Origin: Dehalococcoidia bacterium
GTDB lineage: Bacteria > Chloroflexota > Dehalococcoidia > Lucifugimonadales > UBA2962
Length of the DNA stretch: 64,000 nucleotides
Assembly (NCBI GenBank): GCA_965219325.1
Contig: OZ244723.1
Span: 1,130,158-1,194,157 of the forward strand
Reading direction: 5' to 3'
A program made the translations under genes and the position numbers. Below are positions 63,785 to 64,000 of the stretch, piece by piece. Under the pieces are notes generated by a model. That model had not been told where the DNA came from. It made no database searches and saw nothing but the letters and a program-made list of their open reading frames with translations. Position 1 is the first letter of the stretch, and the number at the start of each line of letters is the position of its first letter.

Positions 63785-64000
63785 TTGGAGAAGCTCGGGA
63801 CACACCTTCTGCTGGAGCTCGAGGGCTGCAGGTCTGATCTCCTTGACGACCTCGAACACATAAAGAGGTCGATGGTCAGTGCCGCCGAAGAGACCGGCGC
63901 GACCATCGTCGGGCAGACTTTTCACAAGTTCTCGCCCACAGGCGTTACCGGGGTCGTCGCCATCGCCGAGTCGCACCTGTGCATACACACCTGGCCCGAG
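63785..64000 (+). CDS. speH: S-adenosylmethionine decarboxylase proenzyme (small bacterial/archaeal type), 3'-partial at window edge
   Basis: TTG start after GGAGGAGGG. ..GTHLLLELEGC...ATIVGQTFHKFSPTGVTGVVAIAESHLCIHTWPE contains the ES processing site and the HTWPE block. Confidence 0.75.
   Translation, partial: MEKLGTHLLLELEGCRSDLLDDLEHIKRSMVSAAEETGATIVGQTFHKFSPTGVTGVVAIAESHLCIHTWPE

Overview
High-G+C bacterial DNA (about two-thirds G+C by eye; many GTG/TTG starts, AGGAGG-type RBSs, ATGA/TGATG coupled genes). Lineage cannot be assigned from sequence alone. Most of the window looks like one large, composite integrated conjugative element. (1) 6.3-17.1 kb, minus strand: establishment, replication and recombination genes (SNF2 helicase, N6-adenine-type methyltransferase, DUF2958, RadC, SSB, Cas4/RecB-like exonuclease, TSCPD protein, Rad52-like annealing protein, CHC2-TOPRIM primase). 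(2) 17.7-19.6 kb: a decayed IS with intact inverted repeats, an HTH/coiled-coil regulator and an operator-like repeat array. (3) 19.8-30.5 kb, plus strand: type IV secretion/conjugation operon (VirB6-like, two VirB2-like small membrane proteins, PrgI-like fusion, VirB4-like ATPase, coupling-protein-like ATPase, Replic_Relax-type putative relaxase). (4) 30.5-49.4 kb: cargo of two tandem giant secreted repeat proteins (2914 and 1681 aa) and a divergent one-polypeptide histidine kinase/OmpR-type regulator. (5) 49.1-55.0 kb: accretion zone with a diverged second copy of the relaxase 3' end, duplicated AT-hook genes flanking a low-G+C PIN-domain gene, an XRE/ImmA-like pair, HTH paralogs and a PAPS-reductase-like gene. 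(6) 55.25-56.87 kb: a large serine recombinase abutting a 5'-truncated phosphotriesterase-family gene, which is probably the right element/chromosome junction. Right of that lie ordinary metabolic genes (two SDRs, an aldo/keto reductase, a GNAT, partial SpeH) plus an intact IS701-family element and an IS66-like fragment. The left 6 kb holds tandem paralogs, a lipoprotein, an IS630 element with a frameshift site and a low-G+C orphan gene. No rRNA gene, complete tRNA, CRISPR array or reverse transcriptase was seen. All domain calls come from reading motifs in the translations, not from database searches. Hand-counted coordinates of non-ORF features may be off by 1-2 nt.
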